This document shows, piece by piece, positions 17,163 through 26,424 of a stretch of DNA of 64,000 nt. Each line of letters starts with the position of its first letter. Position 1 is the first letter of the stretch. The stretch covers positions 4,281-68,280 of the forward strand of contig CAZUIL010000003.1 of assembly GCA_964620175.1 (NCBI GenBank). The letters run 5' to 3'. The stretch is from an uncultured Candidatus Saccharibacteria bacterium. GTDB lineage: Bacteria > Patescibacteriota > Saccharimonadia > Saccharimonadales > CAYZZS01. Position numbers and translations under genes: made by a program. The notes under the pieces are model-generated. The model searched no databases. It was not told the origin of the DNA and saw only the letters and a list, made by a program, of their open reading frames with translations.

Positions 17163-18176
17163 TTATGAAACAACGTTTTTCGGCTCACCTTTGAAGTAGT
17201 TGCGAATGTTATCTATGGTCGTTTGGTTGATGCGGCTGATTGCTTCCTTGGTGTTAAAGGCGTTGTGGTTGGTAATAATCACGTTCGGCAGTTTTTTAAG
17301 TATGGAAACTTCCAGGCTGTGCCGAAGGCTTTCGGCGGCGGCATTTTCCGCGCGTATAAGCAGCAGCTCTTCTTCGACATCAATAAGCTGTTCGCCTTCC
17401 AGTACGTCCATTGCCGCACCGCCGATTTGTCCGCTTTCAAGCGCCTGGATAAGCGCTCGGTTATCAACCAGCTCGCCACGGGCGGTGTTGATGAGCAGCG
17501 CACCGCGTTTCATATGGGCAATACGTTCAGCGTTAAGCAGGTGATGGTTCTCTTTGGTATAAGGAGCGTGCAGGCTGACCACATCACTTTCAGCGAGCAG
17601 CTGCTCGATGTTAACATGCTCGTACCCAATTTTTTGTGCTGCTTCCTCATTTGGGAACGAATCATTCGCGATAACCCGCATACCAAACCCCTTGGCTATC
17701 TGCGCGCTACAGGTACCGATGCGTCCGGCCCCGATAATACCGAATGTCTTGCCGTTGAGGTCAAAGCCCTGCAGTTCGAGCCGGTTCGTCACGCCTTGTT
17801 GCGCTGACTCGATCGCTTGATGAATCTTGCGGCTTAATGTAAGCAGCAGTGCGAACGCGTATTCGGCGACGGTGTGTGAACCGTACGTCGGTACGTTGCT
17901 TACGGTAATTCCGTGCTGCTTGGCGGCCGTCATATCAACATTGTTATAGCCGGTAGAGCGGCAGGACAGGTGTTTAAGCTTGCCGGTCTTGGCAAGGATA
18001 TCAGCCGTTGCCTCGCTGCTGACAAAGATTGATATAACTTCGGCTTCTGGATCGACGTTGTCAATGGTCAGCTCATCGGTAACAGCAATTACTTCATGGC
18101 CGCTGCCCACAAACGCCTGTTCCAGCTGTGGCCTATCTTGGTCATTGACATCATAAAAAACAATCCGTGCCATCAA
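17163..18176 (-). CDS. D-isomer-specific 2-hydroxyacid dehydrogenase (D-lactate dehydrogenase-like)
   Basis: NAD-binding GIIGAGRIG; the catalytic-domain pattern (..NTARG..VD...L...L) is typical of the family. Confidence 0.8.
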   Translation of the reverse strand: MMARIVFYDVNDQDRPQLEQAFVGSGHEVIAVTDELTIDNVDPEAEVISIFVSSEATADILAKTGKLKHLSCRSTGYNNVDMTAAKQHGITVSNVPTYGSHTVAEYAFALLLTLSRKIHQAIESAQQGVTNRLELQGFDLNGKTFGIIGAGRIGTCSAQIAKGFGMRVIANDSFPNEEAAQKIGYEHVNIEQLLAESDVVSLHAPYTKENHHLLNAERIAHMKRGALLINTARGELVDNRALIQALESGQIGGAAMDVLEGEQLIDVEEELLLIRAENAAAESLRHSLEVSILKKLPNVIITNHNAFNTKEAISRINQTTIDNIRNYFKGEPKNVVS

Positions 18177-18292
18177 CAGCTATTGTTCCATAACTATAAT
18201 GTTTTTTGAAGGCTAACATGCCACGCCGATAGCGCAGGCATTTGGTTTGCGGTATTCATTGACTGCTAATGTATTGCTGCAGCTCTTCTAAT

Positions 18293-18301
18293 TGCTACAC
18301 T
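18293..18301 (+). promoter_or_regulatory. extended -10 element TGcTACACT (leaderless geometry)
   Basis: 6 nt upstream of ATG 18308 (3 nt upstream of ATG 18305). No Shine-Dalgarno. Confidence 0.4.
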
Positions 18302-18304
18302 TAA

Positions 18305-18679
18305 ATGATGGTGACATTGAGCCAGGAGGAATTCGAAACAGTTGTCGGCCGGGCAATTGATCAGTTGCCTAAAAAATACCTTACCCGCTTAAAGAACCTG
18401 GCAATTACAGTTGAAGACGAACCGACACCAGAACAACGTCAAAAGCTACATCTGCATGATGGTACGCTTTTGTTTGGGCTGTACGAAGGTGTGCCTATGG
18501 TGGCGCGTAGCGGCGGACAACCAATTATGCCGGACAAGATAACGCTCTTTAAGCGGCCGATCGAATTGGTGAGCGGCAGTGTTGAAGAATTGCAGGAGCA
18601 GGTATACCGGACGCTTTGGCACGAAGTGGCGCATTACTTTGGCTTGGACCATGACCAGATCCACCGGCGAGGAGCGTAG
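18305..18679 (+). CDS. zincin-like metallopeptidase-family protein
   Basis: HEVAHYFG (HExxH) near the C-terminus, about 124 aa. The true start may be the second ATG at 18308. Confidence 0.7.
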   Translation: MMVTLSQEEFETVVGRAIDQLPKKYLTRLKNLAITVEDEPTPEQRQKLHLHDGTLLFGLYEGVPMVARSGGQPIMPDKITLFKRPIELVSGSVEELQEQVYRTLWHEVAHYFGLDHDQIHRRGA

Positions 18680-18746
18680 TTTATATACGGCAGCTCGTAC
18701 AGATGCTACCGCCGGCTGCTTGGTATGCAAGAGTACAATATAGGGT

Positions 18747-19307
18747 ATGGATGAGCGGGTGGCACAAGCGATGAAGTCGGTACCCAGGGAGCACTTTCTG
18801 CCGCATGAGGTGAAAGGCCAAGCGAACATGGATATGCCGCTACTTATTGGCTTTGACCAGACGAACAGCCAACCGTCGACGGTAGCAATGATGCTCGGCT
18901 GGCTGCAAGTCGAGCCGGGGCAAAAAGTGCTTGACGTTGGTTCGGGTTCCGGGTGGACAACAGGTTTGTTGGCTCATTTGACAGGCGAAGACGGCAGCGT
19001 TGACGCGGTAGAGCGTATCCTTCAGCTTGTACGTTTTGGCGAACAAAACTGCAAAAGTCTGGGGATAGCTAATGTGCATTTTCATCAGGCACTGGCTGAT
19101 CCCGGCTGGCCTGAGAACGCGCCGTACGACCGAATCCTGGTAAGCGCGGCTGCCGATGAAATACCGGAAAGCTTAGTCAGGCAGCTGAAGGAAAATGGGC
19201 GTATGGTCATCCCGGTAAAAGGCAGTATCTGGGTGGTGGCAAAGAACGGCAGTGGCCACATTTCGAAGGACGAATATCCTGGGTTCGCATTTGTTCCGCT
19301 GCTTTAG
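18747..19307 (+). CDS. pcm: protein-L-isoaspartate O-methyltransferase
   Basis: SQPSTVAMML..., SAM motif VLDVGSGSGW, ...YDRILVSAAA. Confidence 0.85.
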   Translation: MDERVAQAMKSVPREHFLPHEVKGQANMDMPLLIGFDQTNSQPSTVAMMLGWLQVEPGQKVLDVGSGSGWTTGLLAHLTGEDGSVDAVERILQLVRFGEQNCKSLGIANVHFHQALADPGWPENAPYDRILVSAAADEIPESLVRQLKENGRMVIPVKGSIWVVAKNGSGHISKDEYPGFAFVPLL

Positions 19308-19355
19308 CAGCAGCTTTCGGTTATTGCCATAGCGGTTCATTGATATGCAAAAAGC

Positions 19356-19381
19356 AACATGCCGCTTGGCAGCGGCATGTT
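19356..19381. terminator. bidirectional terminator hairpin between convergent genes
   Basis: AACATGCCGC (19356-19365) / GCGGCATGTT (19372-19381), 6-nt loop, preceded by an AAAAA run on the plus strand. Confidence 0.55.
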
Positions 19382-19403
19382 CACTAGACCAATCCGAACT
19401 GTT

Positions 19404-20171
19404 TTAATGCGCGTAAGTTACGCGGTAATTTTTCTCATGATGGACCTTACGTCCCTCATAGTCATCCTTGTCGCATGAGCAATCACATTGCCCTTTGGTA
19501 TCTTTCTTATCTGAATAGTGGCTTACTTTCTTGAAATGGTGGTCATCTTTTTTATAGCCATGGAATGAGCCATCATTATAGTGCTTCTGTCTGTGGTCGT
19601 AGGTAACTTTCTTCTTGTAGTTAGATTTCTTATGACTGTCCTTATCATGGTGACTATGACGCTTGCCATCATCCTTGTGCGTCTTTTTATATACGGCTTT
19701 TGTTACGCCATATTTGCCATGTCCATGCTTGTCGTCTGATTTACGGTAGTCTGCCTTATGGTACGTATGCTTCTTGTCCGGCTTGCTGTAGTGATGCTTG
19801 TTATTACTGTGGTCGTCATGCTTGTGTTCGTACTTGCTGCCATACCCCTGGCTTTTATGCCGGTTAGTATCATATTTGGTGTTATGTGCAGCCAAGTAAT
19901 TGCGCGGATGTCGTTCGCTACGGGACGCATGCTTATGACTGTCCTTATGTGCGTGCTTGCTGTAAGTCCTATGCTTGTCTGATTTTCCGGTCCGATGTTG
20001 CGCGGAGTGCTTATAATCCGAATCATGGTTGCCTGAAGGTATCTTTTTGGAATGGTCCTTTTTCTCGGGTTTTTGATGGCCATATGATTTGACCTTATGC
20101 TGTTTGTCGTACGAATGGCTTCCGCTGTGCGTCACTCCAAACGCCGGGAAAACGCTAATAGCGATAATCAC
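19404..20171 (-). CDS. secreted or membrane-anchored His/Lys/Tyr-rich low-complexity protein
   Basis: 255 aa. N-terminal hydrophobic segment, then by my count 39 His and 48 Lys with almost no aliphatic residues. CDCSCD near the C-terminus. GTG start in the track. Confidence 0.7.
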   Translation of the reverse strand: MIIAISVFPAFGVTHSGSHSYDKQHKVKSYGHQKPEKKDHSKKIPSGNHDSDYKHSAQHRTGKSDKHRTYSKHAHKDSHKHASRSERHPRNYLAAHNTKYDTNRHKSQGYGSKYEHKHDDHSNNKHHYSKPDKKHTYHKADYRKSDDKHGHGKYGVTKAVYKKTHKDDGKRHSHHDKDSHKKSNYKKKVTYDHRQKHYNDGSFHGYKKDDHHFKKVSHYSDKKDTKGQCDCSCDKDDYEGRKVHHEKNYRVTYAH

Positions 20172-20364
20172 GACAAACGCTGAAACTGTGTGGAATATAC
20201 CTGCCTCCTATAAAAGTCAATTATGATTAATATTTGTCAGACGAGCCTCCTTTCTGGTTATGATGTCGGCTCTAGTAGTAGCAAGGAGGAAAGCAGTTTG
20301 ATAGTAATTTTCTCACGCCTAGGTTGCAGCGCGGTGCAAAATAGCATTAAGCGTAAGCACTGTA

Positions 20365-20373
20365 TGCTACACT
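20365..20373 (+). promoter_or_regulatory. extended -10 element TGcTACACT (leaderless geometry)
   Basis: 6 nt upstream of ATG 20380. The 9-mer is identical to the one at 18293-18301. Confidence 0.4.
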
Positions 20374-20379
20374 CTGTTT

Positions 20380-20940
20380 ATGGCGAAGAAAACAATACTA
20401 CAAACAGACTGGCTACAGAGACGGGCCTTAAATTTGACCCGTATACACTTTGGTTTCATTGCTCTTTACGCGGCAGTTATTGTCGCGAGCGATGCGTGGA
20501 ACCTGGTAACGCGGGAATTGACTTGGGAGCGGTGGCGGATGGCAGGGGTGCTGTTGATCGCCAACACCGCAATCTGGTACCTGGCGCGGGTTAATGCACG
20601 GAGTAATTCGTACTACCGGCTGCTAATTATCGGTATTGTGGCGCTCGGGATTATCTTGGCGACATTCACGGTGTATACGGAGCGCGGTATGGCAAGCCGC
20701 GGTGTGGCGCTCTATGCCCTGCCTATCGCATCAGCGGCAGCATTGCTCAACCGGAGCGCTATCTTTGGGGCAGCAGCCATCAGCACCGCAGCGTACGTCC
20801 TGGCAGCTACCCGGTACTTTTATGTCTTTTTTAACGAAGGGTACAAGGTTGAGCTGTATACGACGCTTGCATTTTATAGCGGCACGTTCTTTGTATTCGC
20901 GGCGATATTATGGATAGTGATTGGGCCGAATAAAGACTAG
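20380..20940 (+). CDS. hypothetical polytopic membrane protein (186 aa)
   Basis: About five TM segments; no recognisable soluble domain. Confidence 0.6.
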   Translation: MAKKTILQTDWLQRRALNLTRIHFGFIALYAAVIVASDAWNLVTRELTWERWRMAGVLLIANTAIWYLARVNARSNSYYRLLIIGIVALGIILATFTVYTERGMASRGVALYALPIASAAALLNRSAIFGAAAISTAAYVLAATRYFYVFFNEGYKVELYTTLAFYSGTFFVFAAILWIVIGPNKD

Positions 20941-21015
20941 CTGCTCCTGTCTGACTGCTAGCTACTGATTGTGATAGCACCAACGTTATAAGGCACCCTG
21001 TGTATAATATGGCCC

Positions 21016-21489
21016 ATGGGCACAGGCCACACCTTTGAGAGCCTGCTAGACATCGGGCAGCATATCCTAAACTCAAGCATTCAAGTCAGCCCTTCTGGCC
21101 AACTGAAAATTTTTCGGCCGGAGGGCTCTAAAGCGTGTCCACTATATTGGAGCTCGCGTAATGGTGTGCAGCCGATGCTTAAAATCGTACGCGGGATTTT
21201 TGAAGCGGAGCGGATATGGAATCCGAACGGGCAACTGCACTCCATGACAGCGGTGTTTGATAATGTGGCGATAAGAGCTTCAAGGGATATGGCAACAGAG
21301 AAATTGGATAGCATAGATGAATACGTACTCTCCGCCTTTCAGGTGTATTGGAACTTAGCGGAGGCACGAAAAGTAGCAATCCCTCCACTCATACGCTCAT
21401 ATTTAGACACGGAAGATTTTGTGTCGCCCACTACGACTGAAGAGGAATGGTCTATGGAATCGGAAATGCTTGACGAGGCCGAGGTATAG
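21016..21489 (+). CDS. hypothetical protein (157 aa)
   Basis: ORF only; acidic C-terminus; no family recognised. Confidence 0.45.
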   Translation: MGTGHTFESLLDIGQHILNSSIQVSPSGQLKIFRPEGSKACPLYWSSRNGVQPMLKIVRGIFEAERIWNPNGQLHSMTAVFDNVAIRASRDMATEKLDSIDEYVLSAFQVYWNLAEARKVAIPPLIRSYLDTEDFVSPTTTEEEWSMESEMLDEAEV

Positions 21490-21526
21490 CATTCCTAATT
21501 GCTAAGGCTTATGCTTAACTTTATCC

Positions 21527-22030
21527 ATGGCAAATTATAAAGGGCATATGGCCGGAGCAGTTCTGACATGTGGTGCGTACGTTGGCGGACTAAAGCTGGC
21601 ACCGGGTGAGTTATTGGCTGAAACCGCTGGGATTTTAAGTAATTGGCAGATGGTGGTTGCCATGTTTGTCGTAGCGGTCTTATTTGGGCTGTTTCCAGAT
21701 ATTGATACCAATTCCAAAGGCCAAAACCTATTTTATGGCGTCGCCCTGGTGGCGGATATCGCGCTTATCGCAACGGGGCGGATAGAAGCTGCCGCTTATT
21801 TAGGGCTGCTCGCAATGACGCCGATAGTCGGCAAGCACAGAGGGTGGACGCACAGCTTCTTGGCCATGGTGCTTGTGCCGGCGCCGATCCTGCTTATTCC
21901 ATACCTGAACAACCAATATATTCTACCAACAGCATTCTTGTTTTATGGCGCTGCAGTTGCCGGCTATTTTAGCCACCTTATGCTCGATGGCCGGGTGCTG
22001 AAAATCTTTAGGGTACGTGGTGGCTGGTAG
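21527..22030 (+). CDS. membrane-bound metal-dependent hydrolase-like protein (YdjM/DUF457-like)
   Basis: Polytopic 167-aa protein with conserved-looking His/Asp (GHMAG..., PDIDT..., HRGWTHS). Confidence 0.45.
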   Translation: MANYKGHMAGAVLTCGAYVGGLKLAPGELLAETAGILSNWQMVVAMFVVAVLFGLFPDIDTNSKGQNLFYGVALVADIALIATGRIEAAAYLGLLAMTPIVGKHRGWTHSFLAMVLVPAPILLIPYLNNQYILPTAFLFYGAAVAGYFSHLMLDGRVLKIFRVRGGW

Positions 22031-22040
22031 GGCTGCCGGC

Positions 22041-22841
22041 TTACGCGCCGATATCGCGGCGCCGGAAGGCAATGTACGAAATGATTCCAGCCCCGAGCAG
22101 TAGGCCGGCAATCACCCAGAACACCGTATAGCTGTAGTTGCCTTCCAGCATATCGCCCGGGTGAAAGTAATTGTATATGAAAAGTTTGCTTGGCCATTGT
22201 AACCATTCAACACTGCTACTGAGTGACACTACAATGTAGCCGCCCAAGGCATAAAGCGTAGCGATGCCAATGCTGCCGGCTCTGGCATTGCGGCCCAGCG
22301 TGGTAATAGCGAGCGCTATGGCCCCAAACGACAGTCCTAACAACGTAGCAGCGGCGCCGGCAAGCATGATGTTGCCGGTTGGGACTGCAAGGTCAACCAT
22401 TTTTGCCATTGCCGCGGTCGTCACGGTACCGAGCAAACCGGCCGCCAACACTATGAGAATACCGACCAGTGCCTTGGCGGCAAGCAGCTGCCCCCGAGAA
22501 ATCGGCCGGCTGAGCAGTAGCTCAACCGTACCTTCTTTTTCTTCTTTGCCAATGAGGGAAGCGCCGAGCGTTATAGCTAAGATGCCGACAAGCAGCGGCA
22601 TCATTAGATAGAATACCTGGCTGCTCAGGTATCCGGCCGGCGAAAGGAAATCCCCAGTGTCCGATAGCAGCGCTTTGGCAGTTTCAGGTATCTGTTGGAA
22701 CGTCTGCTCGAACTCGGCGGCTTGGTCACGGAACGAAGGGTAAAAGATTAAGTTTATAAAAATGAATGCAAAAATTCCGAGCATCCACCACGCCGTGAAC
22801 CAACGGCGTTGCCAAAGTCCCCAGCGGACTATTCCCCTCAT
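22041..22841 (-). CDS. ABC-2 family transporter permease
   Basis: Six TM segments; ATGA-type overlap with the upstream ATPase gene. Confidence 0.7.
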   Translation of the reverse strand: MRGIVRWGLWQRRWFTAWWMLGIFAFIFINLIFYPSFRDQAAEFEQTFQQIPETAKALLSDTGDFLSPAGYLSSQVFYLMMPLLVGILAITLGASLIGKEEKEGTVELLLSRPISRGQLLAAKALVGILIVLAAGLLGTVTTAAMAKMVDLAVPTGNIMLAGAAATLLGLSFGAIALAITTLGRNARAGSIGIATLYALGGYIVVSLSSSVEWLQWPSKLFIYNYFHPGDMLEGNYSYTVFWVIAGLLLGAGIISYIAFRRRDIGA

Positions 22842-23758
22842 TGCTCGGCCTCCACTTCGTAGTAACGCATAAACTCCTGCTCGAGGTTTAATTCCCGTGT
22901 CTCGAAGCGCGTAACGGTGTGTTTTGCGAGCAGGGCGAAGAGTTGCGAATAGTCGCCGCTGAACTCCAATGTCACGTTAGTGCCTTGGCGTTCAAGCGCA
23001 TGAATGCCGGGAATCTGCTTCAGCTGCCCAACTGGCGGCTGCTTGGCAAAGGTAATGTCGATGGTCTGCGAAGCCTTGAGCTCCATGTCTTCAATGCTGT
23101 TTTCGTTCACTAAAACGCCGTTCTTAATGATGCCGACACGGTCACACATTTTTTGCACTTCACTGAGGTTGTGGCTGCTCACGAATACCGTTGCCCCCTT
23201 GCTGCTAACTTCTTGGACTAAGCCATAGAATACTTCCTGCATCAGCGGGTCAAGCCCATCAGTAGGCTCATCCAGGATGAGCACGTCCGGTTGGTGCATA
23301 AACGCTTGTATGATGCCGATTTTTTGCTTATTGCCCTTGCTCAGCGTGCCGATTGGCTTACTGAGGTCTGCGTTAAACATACGCGCCAGCTCAGTGGCAC
23401 GTGACTGGCGCTTGGGCGGTTGCAGTTCACCCATGTACTCGAAAAATTGTTTGCCGGTCATTTTAGGGTAGGCAGCGAAATCACCGGAGAGGTACCCGAC
23501 ATAACGGCGGATTGCTACACTGTCCCGTACGATATCTTTACCAAGTATTTTTGCCGAACCGCCGGTTGGCTGGATGAAATTAAGCAGCAGGCGGATTGTG
23601 GTTGATTTGCCGGCTCCGTTCGGACCGAGGAAGCCAAACACCTCTCCTTTATTGACCTCCAGGCTCAGCGCATCGAGCGCTCTGGCAGGCGAGTGAGGGT
23701 ACTGCTTGGACAGGCTATCAAAAACGATTGCAGCTTGGCTGCTGCTGTTGCTCGGCAT
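22838..23758 (-). CDS. ABC transporter ATP-binding protein
   Basis: Walker A GPNGAGKST, signature LSKGNKQK, Walker B LILDEP. Confidence 0.9.
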   Translation of the reverse strand: MPSNSSSQAAIVFDSLSKQYPHSPARALDALSLEVNKGEVFGFLGPNGAGKSTTIRLLLNFIQPTGGSAKILGKDIVRDSVAIRRYVGYLSGDFAAYPKMTGKQFFEYMGELQPPKRQSRATELARMFNADLSKPIGTLSKGNKQKIGIIQAFMHQPDVLILDEPTDGLDPLMQEVFYGLVQEVSSKGATVFVSSHNLSEVQKMCDRVGIIKNGVLVNENSIEDMELKASQTIDITFAKQPPVGQLKQIPGIHALERQGTNVTLEFSGDYSQLFALLAKHTVTRFETRELNLEQEFMRYYEVEAEQ

Positions 23759-23783
23759 GTTAGCTTGAGTATACCATTAAGCT

Positions 23784-24389
23784 ATGGGACATTCTGTGAT
23801 CAACCTACAAGATATGCTCTCCAGACCGTCACTGGAAGCAGCAAAGCTTTTACTTGGCTCCAGGATAGAGCGGACCATCGGCAACGAGAAACTTGCCGGC
23901 ATAATTGTTGAAACCGAGGCGTATGACCAGGATGATGCCGCGAGTCATAGCTATCGTGGCATGACTGAAAGGAATCGGATCATGTTTGGTCCGTCTGGAC
24001 ACGCCTACGTTTATTTTACCTACGGCATGCACTATTGTTTTAACATCGTAACCGGAGCCAAGGGCCGGGGTTGCGGCGTGTTGATCCGGGCGATTGAACC
24101 AATTGCGGGTATTGAAACAATGCTGCGACATCGCGGCCGGACGCCATTGGGCAACCTTACCAACGGACCGGCGAAGCTCTGCCAAGCGCTGGCGATTGAC
24201 AAGTCGCTCAACGGTCACGATTTACGCGAGCCGCCGCTGAGATTGCTGCCAGGCGAGTCAATTGATGAATCGTCTATTGTGCAAACAACGCGTATCGGCA
24301 TACGGCAGGCAGTGCATGAGCCATGGCGCTTCTTTATTAGGGGTAATGAACATGTTTCCAAGCCGGAATCGACGCCCCGTGGGACTTGA
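23784..24389 (+). CDS. mpg: DNA-3-methyladenine glycosylase (Mpg/AAG family)
   Basis: IVETEAY...DAASHSYRGMTERNRIMFGPSGHAYVYFTYGMHYCFN. Confidence 0.85.
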   Translation: MGHSVINLQDMLSRPSLEAAKLLLGSRIERTIGNEKLAGIIVETEAYDQDDAASHSYRGMTERNRIMFGPSGHAYVYFTYGMHYCFNIVTGAKGRGCGVLIRAIEPIAGIETMLRHRGRTPLGNLTNGPAKLCQALAIDKSLNGHDLREPPLRLLPGESIDESSIVQTTRIGIRQAVHEPWRFFIRGNEHVSKPESTPRGT

Positions 24390-24440
24390 ATTTAGTAGCG
24401 TTTAGGCATAAGCTTAAAGTGGAAGTGTGAGGCTTCCAAC

Positions 24441-24473
24441 GAGTCCCGAAATACTCGGGACTCATTTTATTTT
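24441..24473 (+). terminator. rho-independent terminator after mpg
   Basis: GAGTCCCGA-AATA-CTCGGGACTC stem-loop (24441-24463) followed by ATTTTATTTT. Confidence 0.75.
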
Positions 24474-24528
24474 GCAATGGCACTTGGTGTGCTGCTCTGC
24501 TAATGTTATAACTAGGAGCAATTCTATT

Positions 24529-25290
24529 ATGGCAACAATTTGGCACGTACTGTTCTTTTCCCTGGTTGGTGGCGTTGTTTCGCTTATCGGCGGGCTGTTG
24601 CTGCTCAGAAAGCAGTCGACAGCTGACAGATTGGCGAAATACGCGACACCATTTGCAGCCGGCGCGCTGCTGGCAGCGGTGTTTTTGGACCTGTTAAAGG
24701 AAGGGATTGAGCTGGCAGCGTCTGACCGCGTGCTGCTCGCAGCGCTCATCGGCTTGCTGCTGTTTTTTATTGCTGAGCGGTTCCTGCATTGGTTCCACCA
24801 CCATCACCAGCATGAAGGTTCGGATCCATCGGTGGCTTTGGTCATCATCGGCGACACAGTCCATAACATGCTTGACGGGATAGTTATTGCTGCTGGCTTT
24901 TTAGTGAGCGTGCCAACAGGTATCATTACAACCTTGGCAGTTGCCGCTCACGAAATACCGCAGGAGATCGGTGATTTTGGCTTGCTGCTCAAAAAGGGGT
25001 TACAACGTCGCAAGGTGCTGTTGGTGAACATACTCAGCGCCCTCGCAACGACTGTCGTGGCCTCTATAACCTTTTACGCCGGCAACGATGACCAGTTACC
25101 GCTTGGAGTGCTACTAGGCTTAAGCGCCGGGTTTCTCCTTTACATCGCGGCCAGCGATATTATCCCGGAAATTCACGAGTCCGCTCAGAAGCGGCGGTTG
25201 CTGGACTGGCAACCGCTTATGTTGCTTATCGGCGTGGCTATCGTTGCCATTGCCATCCAAATATCGCATAGCGTAACCCATTTGGAATAG
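24529..25290 (+). CDS. ZIP-family divalent metal transporter
   Basis: Start moved to ATG 24529 (TAGGAG upstream). HHHHQHEGSD loop. HEIPQEIGDFGLL signature. Confidence 0.85.
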   Translation: MATIWHVLFFSLVGGVVSLIGGLLLLRKQSTADRLAKYATPFAAGALLAAVFLDLLKEGIELAASDRVLLAALIGLLLFFIAERFLHWFHHHHQHEGSDPSVALVIIGDTVHNMLDGIVIAAGFLVSVPTGIITTLAVAAHEIPQEIGDFGLLLKKGLQRRKVLLVNILSALATTVVASITFYAGNDDQLPLGVLLGLSAGFLLYIAASDIIPEIHESAQKRRLLDWQPLMLLIGVAIVAIAIQISHSVTHLE

Positions 25291-25350
25291 AAGGAAACTG
25301 CCCGCCCACATAACGGGAGGCCAGCGGTAGCCACCGGAGCTCTCATCAGT

Positions 25351-25356
25351 TACAAT
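25351..25356 (+). promoter_or_regulatory. -10 box TACAAT in leaderless geometry upstream of rmuC
   Basis: 6 nt before ATG 25363. No Shine-Dalgarno. Confidence 0.35.
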
Positions 25357-25362
25357 GGGCTT

Positions 25363-26424
25363 ATGAATAACGTGTTGGTGGTGATCGGGATAGCAAATGT
25401 TCTGCTGCTTGCGTACCTGATTGTTACGTCAAACGGCAGAAAAACCGAAGATGTTGGAACCCAGTTGCTTAAACAGGATCTTTTGGCGCTTAATGACAGC
25501 GTCAGCAAGCTGAAGGACGGCTTGCAGACACAGCTGTCCGAGCGGTTGGATAAATCGAGCCAGCAAATGGCCCATCAGTTTGAGGAAAGCGCCAAAATCA
25601 TCCGCGATGTCACCCAAAAGCTAACCATGCTGGAAAAGACCAACCAGCAGGTGGGCGACATAGCTGGCGAGCTCAGGGTCTTGCAAAACGTCCTGACCAA
25701 CCCTAAGCAACGCGGGGTGCTTGGCGAGTACTACTTAAACCAGGTGCTTGAGAACGTATTGCCGCCGGACAGGTTCCAGCTGCAATACCGCTTCAAGGAT
25801 GGAGAAACGGTTGACGCGGTTATCAAGCTGGACGGCAAGGTGTTGCCGGTAGACAGTAAATTTTCGCTGGAAAATTACAATAGGGTCCTTGAGGAAAACG
25901 ATAAAGTGCGCAAAGAGACGCTGGTCAAGGCATTTAAGGCTGACCTGAAAGGCCGGATAGATGAGACGGCCAAGTACATACGTCCCAAAGAGGGCACGAT
26001 GGATTATGCGTTCATGTTCATACCGAGCGAAGCGATTTACTATGACCTACTCATTAACAAAGTCGGCGCCACCGGTACGAGTGCCCGGGATTTGCTGGAG
26101 TACGCGTTTCGGGAAAAGAAAGTGATTATTGTCAGCCCGACGACATTTATGGCGTACTTGCAAACAGTGTTGCAGGGGCTTAGGGCACTGCAAATTGAAG
26201 ACCAGGCAAAAGAGATCCAGGAGCGGGTCGGAGAACTCGGCCGCCATATCGCCAGTTACGACGTTTATATGAACAAGCTCGGCGCAAGCCTTGGTGTTAC
26301 CGTGAACCACTACAACACCGCGCATAAGGAGCTCAAAAAAATCGACAAGGACGTGGTGCGGATTGCAGACGCTTCGCCCAGCGTAGAGCCGTTAACGCTT
26401 GAACGTCCCCAGCTGGACGACTAG
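25363..26424 (+). CDS. rmuC: DNA recombination protein RmuC
   Basis: N-terminal TM plus coiled coil, then an RmuC nuclease-like C-terminal domain (VDAVIKL...VLPVDSKFSLENY..., FMFIPSEAIY). Confidence 0.85.
   Translation: MNNVLVVIGIANVLLLAYLIVTSNGRKTEDVGTQLLKQDLLALNDSVSKLKDGLQTQLSERLDKSSQQMAHQFEESAKIIRDVTQKLTMLEKTNQQVGDIAGELRVLQNVLTNPKQRGVLGEYYLNQVLENVLPPDRFQLQYRFKDGETVDAVIKLDGKVLPVDSKFSLENYNRVLEENDKVRKETLVKAFKADLKGRIDETAKYIRPKEGTMDYAFMFIPSEAIYYDLLINKVGATGTSARDLLEYAFREKKVIIVSPTTFMAYLQTVLQGLRALQIEDQAKEIQERVGELGRHIASYDVYMNKLGASLGVTVNHYNTAHKELKKIDKDVVRIADASPSVEPLTLERPQLDD

Noticed and set aside
20223-20594. 123-aa ORF overlapping the start of the 186-aa membrane protein gene.
   Set aside because: It overlaps in a different frame a gene with clear TM-segment periodicity and its own promoter-like element. 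Its own translation is low quality, with no Shine-Dalgarno.
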